A DNA stretch of 64,000 bases, from the NCBI GenBank assembly GCA_030141605.1, contig JAQGDQ010002406.1, positions 1-64,000 of the forward strand, written 5' to 3'. The notes beneath the pieces were generated by a model. That model worked only from the letters and a program-made list of their open reading frames with translations, was not told the origin of the DNA and did not search any database. A program made the translations under genes and the position numbers. How positions within the stretch are numbered: position 1 is the first letter of the stretch; each line of letters begins with the position of its first letter. The DNA is from Tubiluchus corallicola (lineage: Eukaryota; Animalia; Priapulida). Below are positions 63,278-64,000 of the stretch, one piece after another.

Positions 63278-64000
63278 ATAGTTTGGAATATAAGCTCTCG
63301 AAAGCCCATCAAAGAGTATTGCAAGATACTGTTACGAGAACCTGAGTATTTACCACCGCCAAACGTTATAGCCACATAAACCTCATCCAAGTCGACAGAA
63401 ATCGGGAAACATCTATAAGCGCTCGGGTACTGTTTCTTGATATTATCGCTTGAAGCCGGCTCGTTAAACCTTGGGTAATACATTTTGTTCTCATCAAACA
63501 GAGAGTCGCCCGGCTTCCACTCCCTACTGACGTCAAAAAATCCGTTTGCAATTGCGTATTGAGATGTGAGATATCTATTGTTCTTGTCAACACCCAGCAA
63601 CTTGTAGGCACTTTTCGGATCGGAAACCGACTCATTTTCCATCACCACCCTTTCCGTACCGAGATATATCTTTGCCAACGCATTGCCGCCAGAGCCACCG
63701 CAACTGCTGCAACTGTTGTTACAACCCGTCTCCACCTCCAGCCTTATGCGAGAATACATGTCGAGAAACCCATCACCACTAACCACCAACCTTGAGAGAT
63801 GGCTTCTTTCCCCCTGTTTACCTTCATCCTTGTGGATCGGACTATTTATGAAGCATTCGTCCGAATCAAGCTCATCCAAGCAGTAGCCGCTCCTGAGCGC
63901 ATCTACTTCGGGAAAGTGATAGGGTTCATCCGCGATAGTTTTGGGTCTTACGCCTCCTATCGGATTATTTGGATTTTTATCGATGACCGAATGTTCCACC
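63229..64000 (-). CDS. C-terminal part of a paralog of the pilin/lectin-like protein (5' end outside the window)
   Basis: Collinear with 59492..61624: DSDECFIN / DTDECFIN, RIRLEVETGCNNSCSSCG / RVRIEIETECDDICNECG, CFPISVDLDEVYVAITFGGG / CFPLSADLDDVYVGFTFGGG. Confidence 0.88.
   Translation of the reverse strand, partial: VEHSVIDKNPNNPIGGVRPKTIADEPYHFPEVDALRSGYCLDELDSDECFINSPIHKDEGKQGERSHLSRLVVSGDGFLDMYSRIRLEVETGCNNSCSSCGGSGGNALAKIYLGTERVVMENESVSDPKSAYKLLGVDKNNRYLTSQYAIANGFFDVSREWKPGDSLFDENKMYYPRFNEPASSDNIKKQYPSAYRCFPISVDLDEVYVAITFGGGKYSGSRNSILQYSLMGFRELIFQTMPMSDVKLSTETEIKP

Noticed and set aside
362-63886. Many short antisense or overlapping ORFs in the track (e.g. 26436..27386, 18775..19488, 25623..26150)
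   Set aside because: They lie opposite or inside well-supported genes and have no recognisable motifs, so they are shadow ORFs.
62854-64000. Diversity-generating retroelement TR/VR pair at a lectin C-terminus
   Set aside because: No reverse transcriptase is in view, and the variant block (A,T,A,C versus G,C,G,T on the coding strand) is not adenine-specific in either allele.

Overview
A 64 kb, moderately AT-rich bacterial chromosome segment made up mostly of housekeeping genes. The gene content suggests an anaerobic Gram-negative bacterium, possibly Deferribacterota-like (inference only). The left half is mostly on the minus strand: rny, ygfA, rarA, 6S RNA, zapA and zapB, class II RNR nrdJ, pilT, the rib operon with nusB, plsY, pgsA, greA/xseA, ftsB, hfq-miaA-mutL and two Dsb-type oxidoreductases. 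The right half is mostly on the plus strand: ileS-lspA-purH-purD-purE-tsaC, a triheme cytochrome c, cysS, feoAB, an OPT transporter, a YbhGFSR-type ABC exporter, comEC, pfp, a LarA-family gene, tadA and galE. Many conserved genes, including the essential ileS, carry small indels, mostly in homopolymers, which points to an unpolished long-read assembly. The most unusual region is the right end. Two paralogous proteins with a C-terminal L-type-lectin-like domain flank galE, and the complete one also has a type IV prepilin leader. The second gene runs into an 88-bp tandem array whose units each hold a copy of its last 15 codons and stop, in two alternative versions (EIKP* or GTEL*). A second hairpin-rich tandem array (95 bp) follows pfp and shares short motifs with the first. 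I recognised no CRISPR array, IS element, tRNA or rRNA.
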